A stretch of 63,886 bases of DNA, counting the filler, from an uncultured Gemmatimonadota bacterium (lineage in GTDB: Bacteria; Blakebacterota; Blakebacteria; Blakebacterales; Blakebacteraceae): NCBI GenBank assembly GCA_964576115.1. It is 3 parts of 3 records of this genome, joined end to end, with 100 filler letters (N's around TTAATTAATTAA, not from the genome) between each part and the next. Parts side by side here need not be neighbours in the genome. Positions count along the whole stretch, not along the records: positions 29,776 to 59,393 come from CAZNUA010000045.1; positions 59,494 to 63,886 come from CAZNUA010000108.1; 1 more part is not named here. One strand, given 5' to 3'. Of the stretch, positions 50,169 through 60,875 are shown one piece after another. Both the position numbers and the translations under genes were made by a program. Every line of letters begins with the position of its first letter. Position 1 is the stretch's first letter. The notes under the pieces were generated by a model. That model made no database searches, was not told where the DNA came from, and saw only the letters and a list, made by a program, of their open reading frames with translations.

Positions 50169-51077
50169 CTACTCAGCCTTCTCCTCGGAATCCGCGTCCC
50201 CGGCGGCTTCACTCCCGGTCGTCTTTCCAGTTGTGACGTCGGCTTCGTCCCCGGACGTGGTTTCCACTTTTTCCTGAGCCGCGGTTGCGTCCGCTGTCTC
50301 GTCACCTGCGGTGTCCTCTTCGGGCTCGGTTGCCGCCGGTGCCTCTTCGGCAGCTTGTGTTCCGGCGGTCTTGGTTTCTTCGACTTCGGCTTCGGCGGTT
50401 TCCCCGGCCGGTTCCGCTGCCGGCTTCTTTTTATCCCGACGTCGTTTTTCGACTTTCGAACGGGCATCGGCTCGGGCCTGCTCATCCTTCGACTCAGCCC
50501 GCTGGGCGGCTTCTTCGGCCTCACGGAGCAACTCGGCCTCACGCGCTTCCTGCTGCTGGCGGTAGGCTGTTTCACTCACACCGAGAACCTCCCAGACATC
50601 GATTCCCCGCCGCCTGGCAACGACCTGGGGTGATTCGAGTGTCTGCAGTCCGTTCACGGTCGCCTTGACCACGTTATGCGGGTTGTTCGAACGCATCGAT
50701 TTGGTCAGGATGTTCCGCACCCCGGCCGCCTCGAGGACCGCCCGTACCGGACCGCCCGCGATCACTCCGGTACCGGGTCCGGCGGGCTTGAGAAGCACCC
50801 GGCCGGCACCGGCGGCACCCACCACCTCGTGGGGAATGGTGCCGTTGGTGATCGGTACCCGAAAGAGATTCTTCCGGGCGTTTTCGTTCGCCTTCCGGAT
50901 GGCCGAGGCGACCTCGTTCGCCTTGCCGATACCGATCCCGACGATGCCCTGGCCGTTCCCGACCGCGGCGATGGCGCTGAAATGGAACCGCCGGCCACCC
51001 TTGACGACCTTTGCCGTCCGGTTGATGTGGATGACCTTCTCTTCCAGTTCCAGGGTTTCAGGATTGATCCTGGCCAC
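50169..51077 (-). CDS. rpsE: 30S ribosomal protein S5 with long acidic C-terminal extension
   Basis: [32 protein letters not shown]; 302 aa. Confidence 0.97.
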   Translation of the reverse strand: MARINPETLELEEKVIHINRTAKVVKGGRRFHFSAIAAVGNGQGIVGIGIGKANEVASAIRKANENARKNLFRVPITNGTIPHEVVGAAGAGRVLLKPAGPGTGVIAGGPVRAVLEAAGVRNILTKSMRSNNPHNVVKATVNGLQTLESPQVVARRRGIDVWEVLGVSETAYRQQQEAREAELLREAEEAAQRAESKDEQARADARSKVEKRRRDKKKPAAEPAGETAEAEVEETKTAGTQAAEEAPAATEPEEDTAGDETADATAAQEKVETTSGDEADVTTGKTTGSEAAGDADSEEKAE

Positions 51078-51115
51078 TCTGTTTGCTCCCCCTGTTCCGG
51101 GTTCGGCGCCCCCCG

Positions 51116-51484
51116 CTAGAAGCGGAGACCGCCCTCGCGCGCTCCGTTAGCAAGCGCCTTGACCCGACCGTGATAGAGATACCCGCCCCGATCGAAGGCG
51201 ACCCGCTCGATCCCGGCCGAAGTGGCGCGGGCCGCCAGTTCCTTGCCGACCGCTTCAGCGGCTGCAACCGTCTTGTACGATCCGTCGATCTCCACCTCAC
51301 GTGAAGAGCACTGGACCAGCGTATGGCCGCGATCGTCGTCGATGATCTGGACGTAGATGTGCTGACTGCTGCGAAAGACCGAGAGCCGCGGGCACTCGGC
51401 GGTACCGCGGATCTTACCCCGAATCCGGCGGCGCCGACGTGCCCGGAGGGCGACGGTGTCTTTCTCCACGTGACCGACCGGCAT
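51116..51484 (-). CDS. rplR: 50S ribosomal protein L18
   Basis: [27 protein letters not shown] 51484 after AGGAGG. Confidence 0.97.
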   Translation of the reverse strand: MPVGHVEKDTVALRARRRRRIRGKIRGTAECPRLSVFRSSQHIYVQIIDDDRGHTLVQCSSREVEIDGSYKTVAAAEAVGKELAARATSAGIERVAFDRGGYLYHGRVKALANGAREGGLRF

Positions 51485-51507
51485 ATCCGTTCTCCTCCTG
51501 GCTCTCC

Positions 51508-52056
51508 TCAACCGATCCCGGCGGCACCGGTCTTCCCGGCCTTGCGCCGTACGTACTCGCCGCGGTAGCGGATACCCTTGCCCTTGTACGGTTCTGGCGG
51601 CCGGACGGCGCGGATGTTGGCCGCCACCTGTCCGACCAGGTACTTGTCGATCCCGCTGACGACGACACTGCCGTCGGCAGCGACCTCGAAGGTGATCCCC
51701 TCCGGTGCCTTGACGAGCACCGGATGGCTGAACCCGACGGTCAACAGCAGGTGCCGGCCCTTGAGTTCGGCCCGGTATCCGACCCCGACCAGTTCGAGGA
51801 TCCGGGTATACCCGTCAGTGACGCCGACCACCATATTCGCCACCAGACTGCGCGTCAGACCGTGCAGACTGCGGTCCTGCGGCTGATCGGTCGGCCGCTC
51901 GACCCGCAACCGGCTCTCTTCCTGCAGCAGGGCGATCGGTTCGGGTATCTCGTGACGTAGTTCGCCTCTGGGCCCCGTCACGGTGACGGTACGGCCTTCC
52001 AGGTTCACTTCAACCCCGTCCGGCAGGTCGATGGGTTCTTTCCCGACACGTGACAT
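51508..52056 (-). CDS. rplF: 50S ribosomal protein L6
   Basis: [30 protein letters not shown]. Confidence 0.98.
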   Translation of the reverse strand: MSRVGKEPIDLPDGVEVNLEGRTVTVTGPRGELRHEIPEPIALLQEESRLRVERPTDQPQDRSLHGLTRSLVANMVVGVTDGYTRILELVGVGYRAELKGRHLLLTVGFSHPVLVKAPEGITFEVAADGSVVVSGIDKYLVGQVAANIRAVRPPEPYKGKGIRYRGEYVRRKAGKTGAAGIG

Positions 52057-52070
52057 ACTCTCTTACCCTC

Positions 52071-52469
52071 CTACCAGACGGTACAGAGGACCTCGCCTCC
52101 GACCTTGCGCCGGCGTGCCTCGCGATCGCTCAGGATCCCGGCGGAGGTCGAGATGATGGCGATTCCCAGCCCGTTCTTGACCCGCGGCACCTCGCCGGCG
52201 CTCACGTAACGGCGCAAGCCGGGCCGGCTGGTCCGCTCGAGCCGGTGGAAGACCGGTTTTTCTTCCTCAGTGTACTTGAGGTAGACCCGCAGAATCCCCT
52301 GCCGGTCGTCCTCGGTGACCCGATAGCCGCGGATGTAGTGGTGATCGCGCAGGATGCGGGCGATATCCCCCTTGATCCGGCTGGCGGGGATATCCACCGA
52401 CGTGTGCCCGGCCTTGGCCGCATTGCGTATGCGGGTCAACATGTCCGCTATGGGATCGGTCATGCTCAT
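52071..52469 (-). CDS. rpsH: 30S ribosomal protein S8
   Basis: MSMTDPIADMLTRIRNA, SRPGLRRY, GGEVLC. Confidence 0.98.
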   Translation of the reverse strand: MSMTDPIADMLTRIRNAAKAGHTSVDIPASRIKGDIARILRDHHYIRGYRVTEDDRQGILRVYLKYTEEEKPVFHRLERTSRPGLRRYVSAGEVPRVKNGLGIAIISTSAGILSDREARRRKVGGEVLCTVW

Positions 52470-52535
52470 GAGCTCTTCAGCTTCCTCCACTCAGGGTGCC
52501 CGCCCGTTCCGGGGGCGGGGACACAACTCGTGCAC

Positions 52536-52721
52536 CTACCAGGACGATTTCTTGACCCCGGGGATCTTCCCCTCGAGCGCCAGCTCCCGGAAGCAGATGC
52601 GGCACAGACCGAACCGGCGCATGTAGCCGCGGGGCCGACCGCACCGGCGGCACCGGTTGATCTGACGCGTTGAGAACTTGGGCCGTCGACGGGCCTTCTC
52701 GATCATCGATTTCTTTGCCAC
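52536..52721 (-). CDS. rpsN: 30S ribosomal protein S14, zinc-binding type Z
   Basis: 61 aa; CRRCGR...[10 protein letters not shown]. Confidence 0.97.
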   Translation of the reverse strand: MAKKSMIEKARRRPKFSTRQINRCRRCGRPRGYMRRFGLCRICFRELALEGKIPGVKKSSW

Positions 52722-52736
52722 GGCGCTGCCTGCCTC

Positions 52737-53282
52737 CTACTTCTGGAACGGCATACCGAGCCCCTGGAGGAGCTCGTAGGCCTCTTCATCGGTCTTCGCC
52801 GTCGTGACGATGGCGATGTCCATGCCATCGATCCGACTCACCTTGTCGTAGTCGATCTCGGGGAAAACGATCTGTTCCTTCAGGCCCAGGTTGTAGTTCC
52901 CGCGCCCGTCGAACGAGTTCCGGCTCACGCCGCGGAAGTCGCGCACCCGCGGCAGGGCGATGGTAATGAGCCGGTCGAGGAATTCGTACATGCGCTGACG
53001 ACGCAGGGTGACCCGCGCGCCGACCGGCATGCCGGTCCGCAGCTTGAAGTTGCTGACCGACCGGCGGGCCTTCTGCACACTGGCCCGCTGTCCGGTGATC
53101 AGGGTCAGTTCCTCGACTACTTCCTCGATCAGCCGGGCGTCCTGGGTGGCGTCTCCGACACCCCGGTTGACCACGATCTTGGCCAGCCGCGGGACGCTGT
53201 TGTCATTGGTGTATCCAAATTTCTTCTTCAGCTGGGGGAGCACGTCGCTCTCGTACCTGTCCTGGATTCTGGGCCTTTCCAT
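52737..53282 (-). CDS. rplE: 50S ribosomal protein L5
   Basis: [32 protein letters not shown]. Confidence 0.98.
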   Translation of the reverse strand: MERPRIQDRYESDVLPQLKKKFGYTNDNSVPRLAKIVVNRGVGDATQDARLIEEVVEELTLITGQRASVQKARRSVSNFKLRTGMPVGARVTLRRQRMYEFLDRLITIALPRVRDFRGVSRNSFDGRGNYNLGLKEQIVFPEIDYDKVSRIDGMDIAIVTTAKTDEEAYELLQGLGMPFQK

Positions 53283-53614
53283 CACGCCTCACCCCCCACC
53301 ATCTCGCCGCAACGCGCACAGGCCCGAACGTGGCGGAGTCGTCCGTCCGAGCCGGTCACCTCGATCGAATGGGTCCGCACCCCCTCGTTGCATTTGGGGC
53401 AGATGACCATCACGTTCGAGATATGGATCGAACCCTCGCGCTCGACAATTCCCCCCTGGGGATTTTTCTGGTCGGCGCGCGTGTGCCGTTTGATGAAGTT
53501 GATTCCCTCGACCACAACCCGCTGCGTCCGGGGATAGATCTTGAGGACCTTGCCGGTCTTCCCCTTGTCGTTGCCGGCGATGACGATGACCTGGTCGTTC
53601 TTGCGAATGTGCAT
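53282..53614 (-). CDS. rplX: 50S ribosomal protein L24
   Basis: [28 protein letters not shown]. Confidence 0.98.
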   Translation of the reverse strand: MHIRKNDQVIVIAGNDKGKTGKVLKIYPRTQRVVVEGINFIKRHTRADQKNPQGGIVEREGSIHISNVMVICPKCNEGVRTHSIEVTGSDGRLRHVRACARCGEMVGGEA

Positions 53615-53616
53615 TG

Positions 53617-53985
53617 TTACAGCACCTCGGGTGCCAGGGAGACGATCTTCATGAACCGCTTCTCCCGGAGTTCTCGTGCGACGGGGCCGAAGATGCGGGT
53701 TCCGATCGGCTCACCCGCTTCGTTTATCAAAACCCCGGCGTTCTCGTCGAATCTGATGTAGGAGCCGTCCTGACGGCGCAGTTCCTTGCGGGTCCGGACC
53801 ACCACTGCCCGCTTGACATCCCCCTTCTTCACCGTTCCGCCGGGGATGGCATCCTTGACCGTGATGACGATGATGTCGCCGACCCGGGCATAACGACGAC
53901 CCGTGCCCCCCAGCACTTTGATGCACTGCACCACTTTGGCCCCGGTGTTGTCAGCCACCCTCAGCTTGCTCTCGACCTGGATCAT
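53617..53985 (-). CDS. rplN: 50S ribosomal protein L14
   Basis: [30 protein letters not shown]. Confidence 0.98.
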   Translation of the reverse strand: MIQVESKLRVADNTGAKVVQCIKVLGGTGRRYARVGDIIVITVKDAIPGGTVKKGDVKRAVVVRTRKELRRQDGSYIRFDENAGVLINEAGEPIGTRIFGPVARELREKRFMKIVSLAPEVL

Positions 53986-53987
53986 GA

Positions 53988-54260
53988 TCAGTGCGCCCCC
54001 GCCGTATCGGCCCGTTTGACGACCTCGACCACCCGCCAGCGCTTCAGCTTGCTCAACGGACGGGTTTCGACGACCCGCACGACATCGCCTTCGCTGCAGG
54101 TATTGGCTTCATCGTGGGCATAGATTTTCGAACGCCGCTTGATGGTTTTGCCGTACAGCGGGTGACGGACGAGCCGATCCACCGTGACGACGACCGTCTT
54201 GTCCATCTTCGCGCTCGTGACGCGGCCCGTCCGCGTTTTGCGCAAGGCTCGCTCGTTCAT
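53988..54260 (-). CDS. rpsQ: 30S ribosomal protein S17
   Basis: [25 protein letters not shown]. Confidence 0.98.
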   Translation of the reverse strand: MNERALRKTRTGRVTSAKMDKTVVVTVDRLVRHPLYGKTIKRRSKIYAHDEANTCSEGDVVRVVETRPLSKLKRWRVVEVVKRADTAGAH

Positions 54261-54499
54261 GCCTCTTCTCCTTCAACCGCCTCGGTGGTCGGTGTCCCGG
54301 TTGAGACGGCGGCGACCTCCTGCTGGGCGATGATCGTTCTGAGCCGGGCGATATCGCGCCGGACCGATCTGATCTCGAGCGGATTCGACACCTGCTGCAT
54401 GACGTGTCCGAAACGCAGGCTCCGCAGTTCTTCCTGCAGATCCTCCAGTTTCATCCGCATTTCCTCGAGACTCAGCTCGCGGATCTCCGAGGCGCGCAT
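54257..54499 (-). CDS. rpmC: 50S ribosomal protein L29
   Basis: [10 protein letters not shown]...[20 protein letters not shown] overlaps the rplP stop. Confidence 0.96.
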   Translation of the reverse strand: MRASEIRELSLEEMRMKLEDLQEELRSLRFGHVMQQVSNPLEIRSVRRDIARLRTIIAQQEVAAVSTGTPTTEAVEGEEA

Positions 54500-54915
54500 C
54501 AGATCTCCTCCCGCTTCGCGAAGGCCGTCTTGATCGGCAGTTTGTGCGCGGCAAGCCGGAAGGCTTCCCGGGCCTGTTCCTCGTTCACGCCCTCGATCTC
54601 GAACATGATCCGGCCGGGCTTGACCACGGCGACCCAGTACTCCGGACTGCCTTTCCCCTTGCCCATCCGTGTCTCGGCCGGTTTCTCGGTCAGGGGTTTG
54701 TCGGGAAAGATCCTGATCCAGATCTTGCCCCCCCGGCGCACGTAGCGCGTCATGGCGACACGGGCCGATTCGATCTGCCGGTTCGTTATCCACGCCGGTT
54801 CGAGAGCGCGCAGGCCGAAAGCCCCGAAGGCGACTGAGGTGCCGCCCTTGGCCTTTTTCCCGGTATACCGGCCCCGCTGCTGCTTGCGGTACTTGATCCG
54901 CTTCGGCATCAACAT
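54499..54915 (-). CDS. rplP: 50S ribosomal protein L16
   Basis: [30 protein letters not shown]. Confidence 0.98.
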   Translation of the reverse strand: MLMPKRIKYRKQQRGRYTGKKAKGGTSVAFGAFGLRALEPAWITNRQIESARVAMTRYVRRGGKIWIRIFPDKPLTEKPAETRMGKGKGSPEYWVAVVKPGRIMFEIEGVNEEQAREAFRLAAHKLPIKTAFAKREEI

Positions 54916-54927
54916 GGCGCCCGCCCC

Positions 54928-55629
54928 CTACTTCTTCTTCTTGCCCCGCGAGCGGGGGCTTGTCTTTGGTTCCTCGGTCACTTCTTCGCTCGCGGCATCG
55001 GCGCCGAGGATCTCCCCGTGGAAGATCCAGACCTTGATGCCGATGGTGCCGTAGGTCGTAAAGGCGGTGTCGCGGGCGAAATCGATGTCGGCCCTCAGGG
55101 TGTGCAGGGGCACCCGACCTTCATGATAGGTCTCGGTCCGCCCCATTTCGGCTCCACCGAGCCGGCCGCCGCAGGTGATCTTGATGCCTTCGGCGCCCAT
55201 GCGCATGGCGCTGGCGATCGCCTTCTTCATGGCCCGGCGCCACGAGACCCGGTTTTCGAGCTGCCGGGCAATCGATTCGGCCACCAGATGGGAATCAATC
55301 TCGGGCCGCTTGACTTCCTGGATGTTGATGTAGATCTCTTTGCCGGTGAGCTGCTGCAGCTCCTCCTTCAGCTTGTCCACCTCGGATCCCTTGCGGCCGA
55401 TGACAACCCCGGGGCGGGCGGTATAGATCGATACCGTAACCCGCTTCGGGGCCCGCTCGATGACGATCCGCGACAGGGCCGCCCGCGAAAGCCGCTGCCA
55501 GAGGTAGCGCCGCAGGGTGAGGTCCTCTTCGAGCAGGTCGGCGAAGGTACCCCGATCCGCGTACCAGCGGGAGTCCCAGTTCTTGACAATGCCCAGCCTG
55601 AGACCGGTCGGATGTGATTTCTGACCCAC
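54928..55629 (-). CDS. rpsC: 30S ribosomal protein S3
   Basis: [36 protein letters not shown]. Confidence 0.98.
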   Translation of the reverse strand: MGQKSHPTGLRLGIVKNWDSRWYADRGTFADLLEEDLTLRRYLWQRLSRAALSRIVIERAPKRVTVSIYTARPGVVIGRKGSEVDKLKEELQQLTGKEIYINIQEVKRPEIDSHLVAESIARQLENRVSWRRAMKKAIASAMRMGAEGIKITCGGRLGGAEMGRTETYHEGRVPLHTLRADIDFARDTAFTTYGTIGIKVWIFHGEILGADAASEEVTEEPKTSPRSRGKKKK

Positions 55630-55634
55630 GCCTG

Positions 55635-56009
55635 CTACTCCTCACTCTTCCCGGCGGTCTCCTCACGACCGTCGGAGACCATGACCGTGATATGGCTGGT
55701 CCGTTTCAGAATCGGATGAGCTCGCCCCATCGAACGCGGTATCCAGCGCTTCATCGTCGCTCCGTCGTCGACGAAAGCCCGGGTGACGACGAACGATTCG
55801 GGATCGACCCCCGACTCGCTGTCGTCCTGGTTCATCAGGTTGGCGACCGCGCTTCGCAGGGTCTTTTCGATCGGGACCGCGGCCGCCTTCTTGCTGAAAT
55901 GGAGAACGTTGAGCGCGTCCTCAACCCGGCGGCCGCGGATCTGGTCGATCACGAGACGCGCCTTGCGGGGACTGACCCGAACGAATTTGGCTATCGCTTT
56001 AGCTTCCAT
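55635..56009 (-). CDS. rplV: 50S ribosomal protein L22
   Basis: [25 protein letters not shown]. Confidence 0.98.
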   Translation of the reverse strand: MEAKAIAKFVRVSPRKARLVIDQIRGRRVEDALNVLHFSKKAAAVPIEKTLRSAVANLMNQDDSESGVDPESFVVTRAFVDDGATMKRWIPRSMGRAHPILKRTSHITVMVSDGREETAGKSEE

Positions 56010-56026
56010 GGTAATCGCCGGCCCTC

Positions 56027-56317
56027 TTACTTCTTCACCTTGGCGACCCGCTCGGACTTCCTGCCCCCGTGGTCGCGGAAGGTGCGCGTCGGGGCGAACT
56101 CGCCGAGCCGGTGGCCGACCATGTTTTCAGAGATGTACACGGGCACGAACTTGTTGCCGTTGTGCACGGCGAAGGTGTGCCCGACGAATTCGGGGGGAAT
56201 GGTCGAGCGCCTGGCCCAGGTCTTGATGACCTTTTTCTCCCCGCTCCGGTTCATCTCCTCTACCTTCTTGATGAGGTAGGGTTCGATCCAGGGTCCCTTC
56301 TTGAGCGATCGCGACAT
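56027..56317 (-). CDS. rpsS: 30S ribosomal protein S19
   Basis: [30 protein letters not shown]. Confidence 0.98.
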   Translation of the reverse strand: MSRSLKKGPWIEPYLIKKVEEMNRSGEKKVIKTWARRSTIPPEFVGHTFAVHNGNKFVPVYISENMVGHRLGEFAPTRTFRDHGGRKSERVAKVKK

Positions 56318-56331
56318 CCGCCGTCGACTCC

Positions 56332-57165
56332 TTACTTCTTCACAGTCCTGCGTCGCAGGATGTACTTGTCCGAGGCCTTCCCCTTCTTGCGGGTTTTGTG
56401 CCCCTTGGTCGGCTTGCCCCAGGGACTGACCGGGTGCCGCCCCCCGCTCGACTTACCCTCGCCCCCGCCGTGGGGGTGGTCGACCGGATTCATGGCCACG
56501 CCGCGCACCCGGGGGCGCCGGCCGCGATGCCGGCTCTTGCCCGCCTTGCCCCAGTTGATGTTCTCGTGGGTGGGGTTGCCCACCTGCCCGATAGTGGCGA
56601 AGCATTCCTGGGGAACCATGCGCATCTCTTTCGAGGGCAGGCGGAGGATCGCCTGGCCACGCTCGCGGGCCATCAGCTGGGCCGCAGTTCCGGCTCCCCG
56701 GGCCATCTGGCCACCCTTGCCGGGCTTGAGCTCGACGTTGTGCACGAACGAGCCGAGCGGTACGCGCGTCAGGGGCATGGCATTGCCGGGTTTGACCTCG
56801 ACCGACTCGCCCGCAGAAACGGGATCGCCCACCTGCAGGCCGTTGGGTGCCAGGATGTAGCGACGTTCGCCATCGGCGTACTTGAGCAACGCGATCCGGG
56901 CCGAGCGGTTTGGATCGTACTCGATCGTTTCGACCAGGGCCGGTATGTCGCGCTTGTCGCGCTTGAAATCGACGATCCGGTAGCGGCGCTTGTGACCCCC
57001 GCCGCGGTGACGCACTGTCATCCGGCCGCGGTTGTTGCGCCCCCCCCTCTTGTGCATCGGCGCCGTGAGCGGCTTGAAGGGAGTGTCGGCAGTCAGATCG
57101 GCGAAATCGCTGACCTGCATGTACCGCCGCCCGGGGGTGGTCGGTTTGTACTGCTTCAGACCCAT
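56332..57165 (-). CDS. rplB: 50S ribosomal protein L2
   Basis: [29 protein letters not shown]. Confidence 0.98.
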   Translation of the reverse strand: MGLKQYKPTTPGRRYMQVSDFADLTADTPFKPLTAPMHKRGGRNNRGRMTVRHRGGGHKRRYRIVDFKRDKRDIPALVETIEYDPNRSARIALLKYADGERRYILAPNGLQVGDPVSAGESVEVKPGNAMPLTRVPLGSFVHNVELKPGKGGQMARGAGTAAQLMARERGQAILRLPSKEMRMVPQECFATIGQVGNPTHENINWGKAGKSRHRGRRPRVRGVAMNPVDHPHGGGEGKSSGGRHPVSPWGKPTKGHKTRKKGKASDKYILRRRTVKK

Positions 57166-57171
57166 GATTCT

Positions 57172-57462
57172 CTATGCTCCCTCGAAGAAGTCGAGCGTGT
57201 CGCCTTCGGCCAGAGTCACGATGGCCTTCTTCCAGGCCGCACGCCGGCCCTCGAAACGGCCCATCCGCTTGAGTTTTCCCTTTACGTTCATCGTGCGTAC
57301 CGCGATGACCGTAACGTCGAAAAGCTCCTCGACAGCGCGTCTGATGTCGTTCTTGTTGGCCCCCACCGCCACCTCGAAGACGACCTTGTTCTCCTCTTCG
57401 GTGAGGATCGCCGCCCGCTCGGTGATGAGGGGCCGGATGATGATCTGCTGGGTACTCTTCAT
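57172..57462 (-). CDS. rplW: 50S ribosomal protein L23
   Basis: [34 protein letters not shown] 57462. Confidence 0.97.
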   Translation of the reverse strand: MKSTQQIIIRPLITERAAILTEEENKVVFEVAVGANKNDIRRAVEELFDVTVIAVRTMNVKGKLKRMGRFEGRRAAWKKAIVTLAEGDTLDFFEGA

Positions 57463-58091
57463 CGGATCAGGATCTCCTGCAGCGGCCCGACGGCATCGGT
57501 TTCGATCAGAACGACATCGGAATTCAGGATGTCGTAGGCACTCGCGTTGGCAGCCAGCAGAGTCCGGCACCCCGGCAGGTTGCGGGCCGAGAGCCGGGCG
57601 TTGTCGTCACTCTCACTCAACAGCCACAGAACCTTCCGGTCGGCCAGGTCCATGGCTTTGAGCCGGGCGGCCATCTCGCGGGTCTTCGGCTCGGCGGGCC
57701 GGAAGGGTTCGGTCGCGAAGAGAGCTCCTTCACGGTACTTGACCGAAAGAGCGGCGATACGGGCTTTGCGCGCGGCCCGAGCCGGAAGCTTGCGGGCGTA
57801 ATCGCGCGGCTGCGGTCCGAAGGTGGTACCGCCCCCTCGCCAGATGGGATTGCGGATGGTCCCGGTCCGGGCCCGCCCGGTACCCTTCTGACGCCAGGGT
57901 TTGCGGCCCCCTCCCCGCACCTCGGAGCGTTCTTTCGTCTTGTGCGTGCCCTGCCGGCGCGAAGCGAGATGGAAGACTGTCGCCTCATAAAGGAGATGAT
58001 CCCCTCCCTCGGCGGCGAAGACACGATCGTCGCCCTCGACCGTCGTTGCTGTCAGGGCGCCGCTTTCGTTGTAGACCTTGAGTGTCGCCAT
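57459..58091 (-). CDS. rplD: 50S ribosomal protein L4
   Basis: [32 protein letters not shown]. Confidence 0.98.
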   Translation of the reverse strand: MATLKVYNESGALTATTVEGDDRVFAAEGGDHLLYEATVFHLASRRQGTHKTKERSEVRGGGRKPWRQKGTGRARTGTIRNPIWRGGGTTFGPQPRDYARKLPARAARKARIAALSVKYREGALFATEPFRPAEPKTREMAARLKAMDLADRKVLWLLSESDDNARLSARNLPGCRTLLAANASAYDILNSDVVLIETDAVGPLQEILIR

Positions 58092-58097
58092 CGTGAC

Positions 58098-59003
58098 TTA
58101 CTCGCTCTTCTGATCGTCTTCGGCGTCAGCCTCAGCGGTGTCCTGCCCGGCCTCTTCGTCCGCAACCTCGTCTTCGGTTTCATCCCCGGCTGCATCTTCG
58201 ACAGCCTCGGCCTCGACCGGTTCGGACCCGGTTTCTTCCCCGATCGTTTCTTCCGCAGCCTCGGCCTCGACCGGCTCGGAGGCGGCTTCTTCATCAACGG
58301 CCCCGACTGCGGTTTCTTCAGCCTCTGGTTCCTCGGCGACCGCAGCGGCCGGTGCCCAGTCGCGGGGCTCCGAACCCACCAGTTCGATCCGTACCAGACC
58401 GTTGATCGGGCCGGGGACCGAACCGCGCACGATGAGTATCTGCTCGTCGACATTGACGTCGACCACCGTCAGGTTCTTCTCGGTCACCTTGTGGTTGCCG
58501 TACTGACCGGGGAGCTTGCGCCCTTTCATGGTCCGCGCCGGAGTGGCGCTCATACCGACCGAGCCGACCCCCCGGTGCGAGGGACCGCCGCCGTGGGACT
58601 GCCGGGTACCGCCGCTGAAGCCGTGCCGCTTCATGCCGCCGGCGAAACCGCGTCCCTTGGTCGTACCCCGCACCTTGACCAGATCGCCGATCTCGAAAAA
58701 ATCAGCCGTGATCTGGTCCCCCACCGAAAAGCGGGCGGCGTCGGGCGTGCGAAACTCGCGGATCCGCAACGGAGCGGATTCGAGTCCGGCCGCTTCGGCC
58801 CGGGCCCGGTTGGCCTTCGACTGCCGGTGCAGTTTTTTCTTCTCTCCGTACCCGACCTGGATGGCCTCGTAGCCGTCGGTCTCGACCGTCTTGACCTGCA
58901 AAACGGTGCTTGGAGCGACCTCCAGTACGGTGACGGGGACGGCCTCGCCGTCCGCCGAGAATATCTGGGTCATGCCCAGTTTCTTTCCGATCAGCCCCTT
59001 CAT
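58098..59003 (-). CDS. rplC: 50S ribosomal protein L3 with acidic C-terminal extension
   Basis: MKGLIGKKLGMTQIF, KGRGFAG, RGSVPG; ATG 59003. Confidence 0.97.
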   Translation of the reverse strand: MKGLIGKKLGMTQIFSADGEAVPVTVLEVAPSTVLQVKTVETDGYEAIQVGYGEKKKLHRQSKANRARAEAAGLESAPLRIREFRTPDAARFSVGDQITADFFEIGDLVKVRGTTKGRGFAGGMKRHGFSGGTRQSHGGGPSHRGVGSVGMSATPARTMKGRKLPGQYGNHKVTEKNLTVVDVNVDEQILIVRGSVPGPINGLVRIELVGSEPRDWAPAAAVAEEPEAEETAVGAVDEEAASEPVEAEAAEETIGEETGSEPVEAEAVEDAAGDETEDEVADEEAGQDTAEADAEDDQKSE

Positions 59004-59016
59004 CGTCTCTTCCGTC

Positions 59017-59325
59017 TCAGACCTTGATCTCCACATCCACACCCGCGGGCAGCTCGAGCTTCATGAGCGCGTCCACGGTCTGCGGAGTGGAGTCGTAGAT
59101 GTCTATCAGGCGCTTGTGCACCCGCGTCTCGAACTGCTCCCGCGATTTCTTGTCCACGTGGGGGCCGCGCAGGACCGTGTACACCGTCCGTTTGATCGGC
59201 AGCGGCACCGGCCCCGAGATACGGGCCCCGGTACGTTTGGCGGTCCGGACGATCTCCTCGGCCGAACGGTCGAGAGTAGCATGTTCGTACGCCTTCAGGC
59301 GTATGCGGATCTTCTGGCCGGCCAC
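59017..59325 (-). CDS. rpsJ: 30S ribosomal protein S10
   Basis: [23 protein letters not shown]. Confidence 0.98.
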   Translation of the reverse strand: MAGQKIRIRLKAYEHATLDRSAEEIVRTAKRTGARISGPVPLPIKRTVYTVLRGPHVDKKSREQFETRVHKRLIDIYDSTPQTVDALMKLELPAGVDVEIKV

Positions 59326-59337
59326 GGCACCCGCTCC

Positions 59338-59393
59338 TTACTCGATGATCTCGGTCACAACCCCCGAGGCGACCGTGTGGCCCCCCTCGCGGA
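59338..59393 (-). CDS. tuf: Elongation factor Tu, last codons only
   Basis: Manual translation [17 protein letters not shown]-stop, 12 bp before rpsJ. Confidence 0.9.
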
Positions 59394-59493
59394 NNNNNNN
59401 NNNNNNNNNNNNNNNNNNNNNNNNNNNNNNNNNNNNNTTAATTAATTAANNNNNNNNNNNNNNNNNNNNNNNNNNNNNNNNNNNNNNNNNNNN
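59394..59493. other. Artificial contig linker
   Basis: N44-TTAATTAATTAA-N44. Confidence 0.97.
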
Positions 59494-59595
59494 GGTGTTG
59501 ACTGGCTTCGGAGCCGAGGCTTTGTTACTCTGAGTATCCACCCGGACGCGTATGCTGCAGCCGTCGCCTGAGAACGCCAACATCGAGGTGTCATC

Positions 59596-60819
59596 ATGAA
59601 ACTTGCGCAGCGCATGTCCCGTCTCGGGACCGAAACCGCTTTTGCGGTTCTGGCCCAGGTTAACGCCCTGAAGGCGCAGGGGCGCGATATCGTCTCCTTT
59701 TCGATCGGCGAGCCTGATTTCGACACTCCCGAAAACATCCGGGAAGCGGCCAAAAAGGCTCTCGACGAAGGGCATACCCACTACACTCCTTCAGCCGGCG
59801 TCCTGAGCTTCCGGGAGGTCTGCGCCGAGTACATCAACCGGACCCGGGGAACCGCGTACGGTCCCGAGAACGTCGTGATCACTCCGGGGGCCAAGCCGAT
59901 CATGTTCTATACCATCCTCGCCCTGGTCGACGAGGGGGATGAAGTCGTCTACCCCAACCCCGGCTTCCCCATCTACGAATCGATGATCGACTTCATGGGC
60001 GGGAAAGCCGTCTCCCTGCCGCTGGTCGAGGAACATGCTTTCAGCTTCGATGCCGACCGGCTCGAGGAACTGGTCAATGACAATACCAAACTGCTGATCC
60101 TGAACAGCCCGCAGAACCCCACCAGCGGAGTGGTCCCGCGCGAGAGCCTCGAGCGGGTGGCCGAGCTGGCCGAGAAATACGATTTTTACGTGCTTTCGGA
60201 CGAGATCTACAGCCGCCTGGTGTACGACGGAGAGTTCCAGAGCATTACCCAGTTCGAAGGGATGACCGAGCGGACCATCATCCTCGAGGGACACTCGAAG
60301 ACCTATGCCATGACCGGCTGGCGTCTGGGCTACGGAATCATGCCCGAGGATATGGCGGCCGCGGTCGCCCAGTTGGTGACCAACTCGGTTTCCTGCACCT
60401 CCGCCTCTACCCAGGTTGCCGGAGCCGAAGCCCTGACCGGATCGCAGGAAGGCGCCGAGAAGATGAAGCAGATCTTCCAGGAGCGCCGCGACGTGATAGT
60501 CGACGGTCTGAATGCGATCGAAGGCTTCACCTGCCTGAAACCGGAAGGCGCATTCTACGTATGGCCGAATGTGACGGGGGTTTGTGAGAACTTGGGATTG
60601 CCGGACTCGAAGGCCCTGCAGAATTACCTGCTCTACGAAGCCGGGGTAGCCGTGCTCGGCCGCCAGTGCTTCGGCCGGCGGGCTCCGGAGGAAGACCAGG
60701 AGTACGTGCGCTTCTCCTACGCCTCCTCGATCGAAGCCATCAAGGAAGGGTTGAAGCGCATCGAAGACGCTGCAGGGGACACGGAGCGGGCGCAGGCGTT
60801 CCTGGCCAAGCAGCCCTAG
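59596..60819 (+). CDS. Class I/II PLP-dependent aminotransferase (AspC-like)
   Basis: IGEPDFDTP, NSPQNPT, LSDEIY, SKTYAMTGWRLGY. Confidence 0.94.
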   Translation: MKLAQRMSRLGTETAFAVLAQVNALKAQGRDIVSFSIGEPDFDTPENIREAAKKALDEGHTHYTPSAGVLSFREVCAEYINRTRGTAYGPENVVITPGAKPIMFYTILALVDEGDEVVYPNPGFPIYESMIDFMGGKAVSLPLVEEHAFSFDADRLEELVNDNTKLLILNSPQNPTSGVVPRESLERVAELAEKYDFYVLSDEIYSRLVYDGEFQSITQFEGMTERTIILEGHSKTYAMTGWRLGYGIMPEDMAAAVAQLVTNSVSCTSASTQVAGAEALTGSQEGAEKMKQIFQERRDVIVDGLNAIEGFTCLKPEGAFYVWPNVTGVCENLGLPDSKALQNYLLYEAGVAVLGRQCFGRRAPEEDQEYVRFSYASSIEAIKEGLKRIEDAAGDTERAQAFLAKQP

Positions 60820-60875
60820 CTGCGGAGAGCACCGCAGGGGACAGCCTGCCCGGCCCCAGCCCGGGAGAGAGACGA

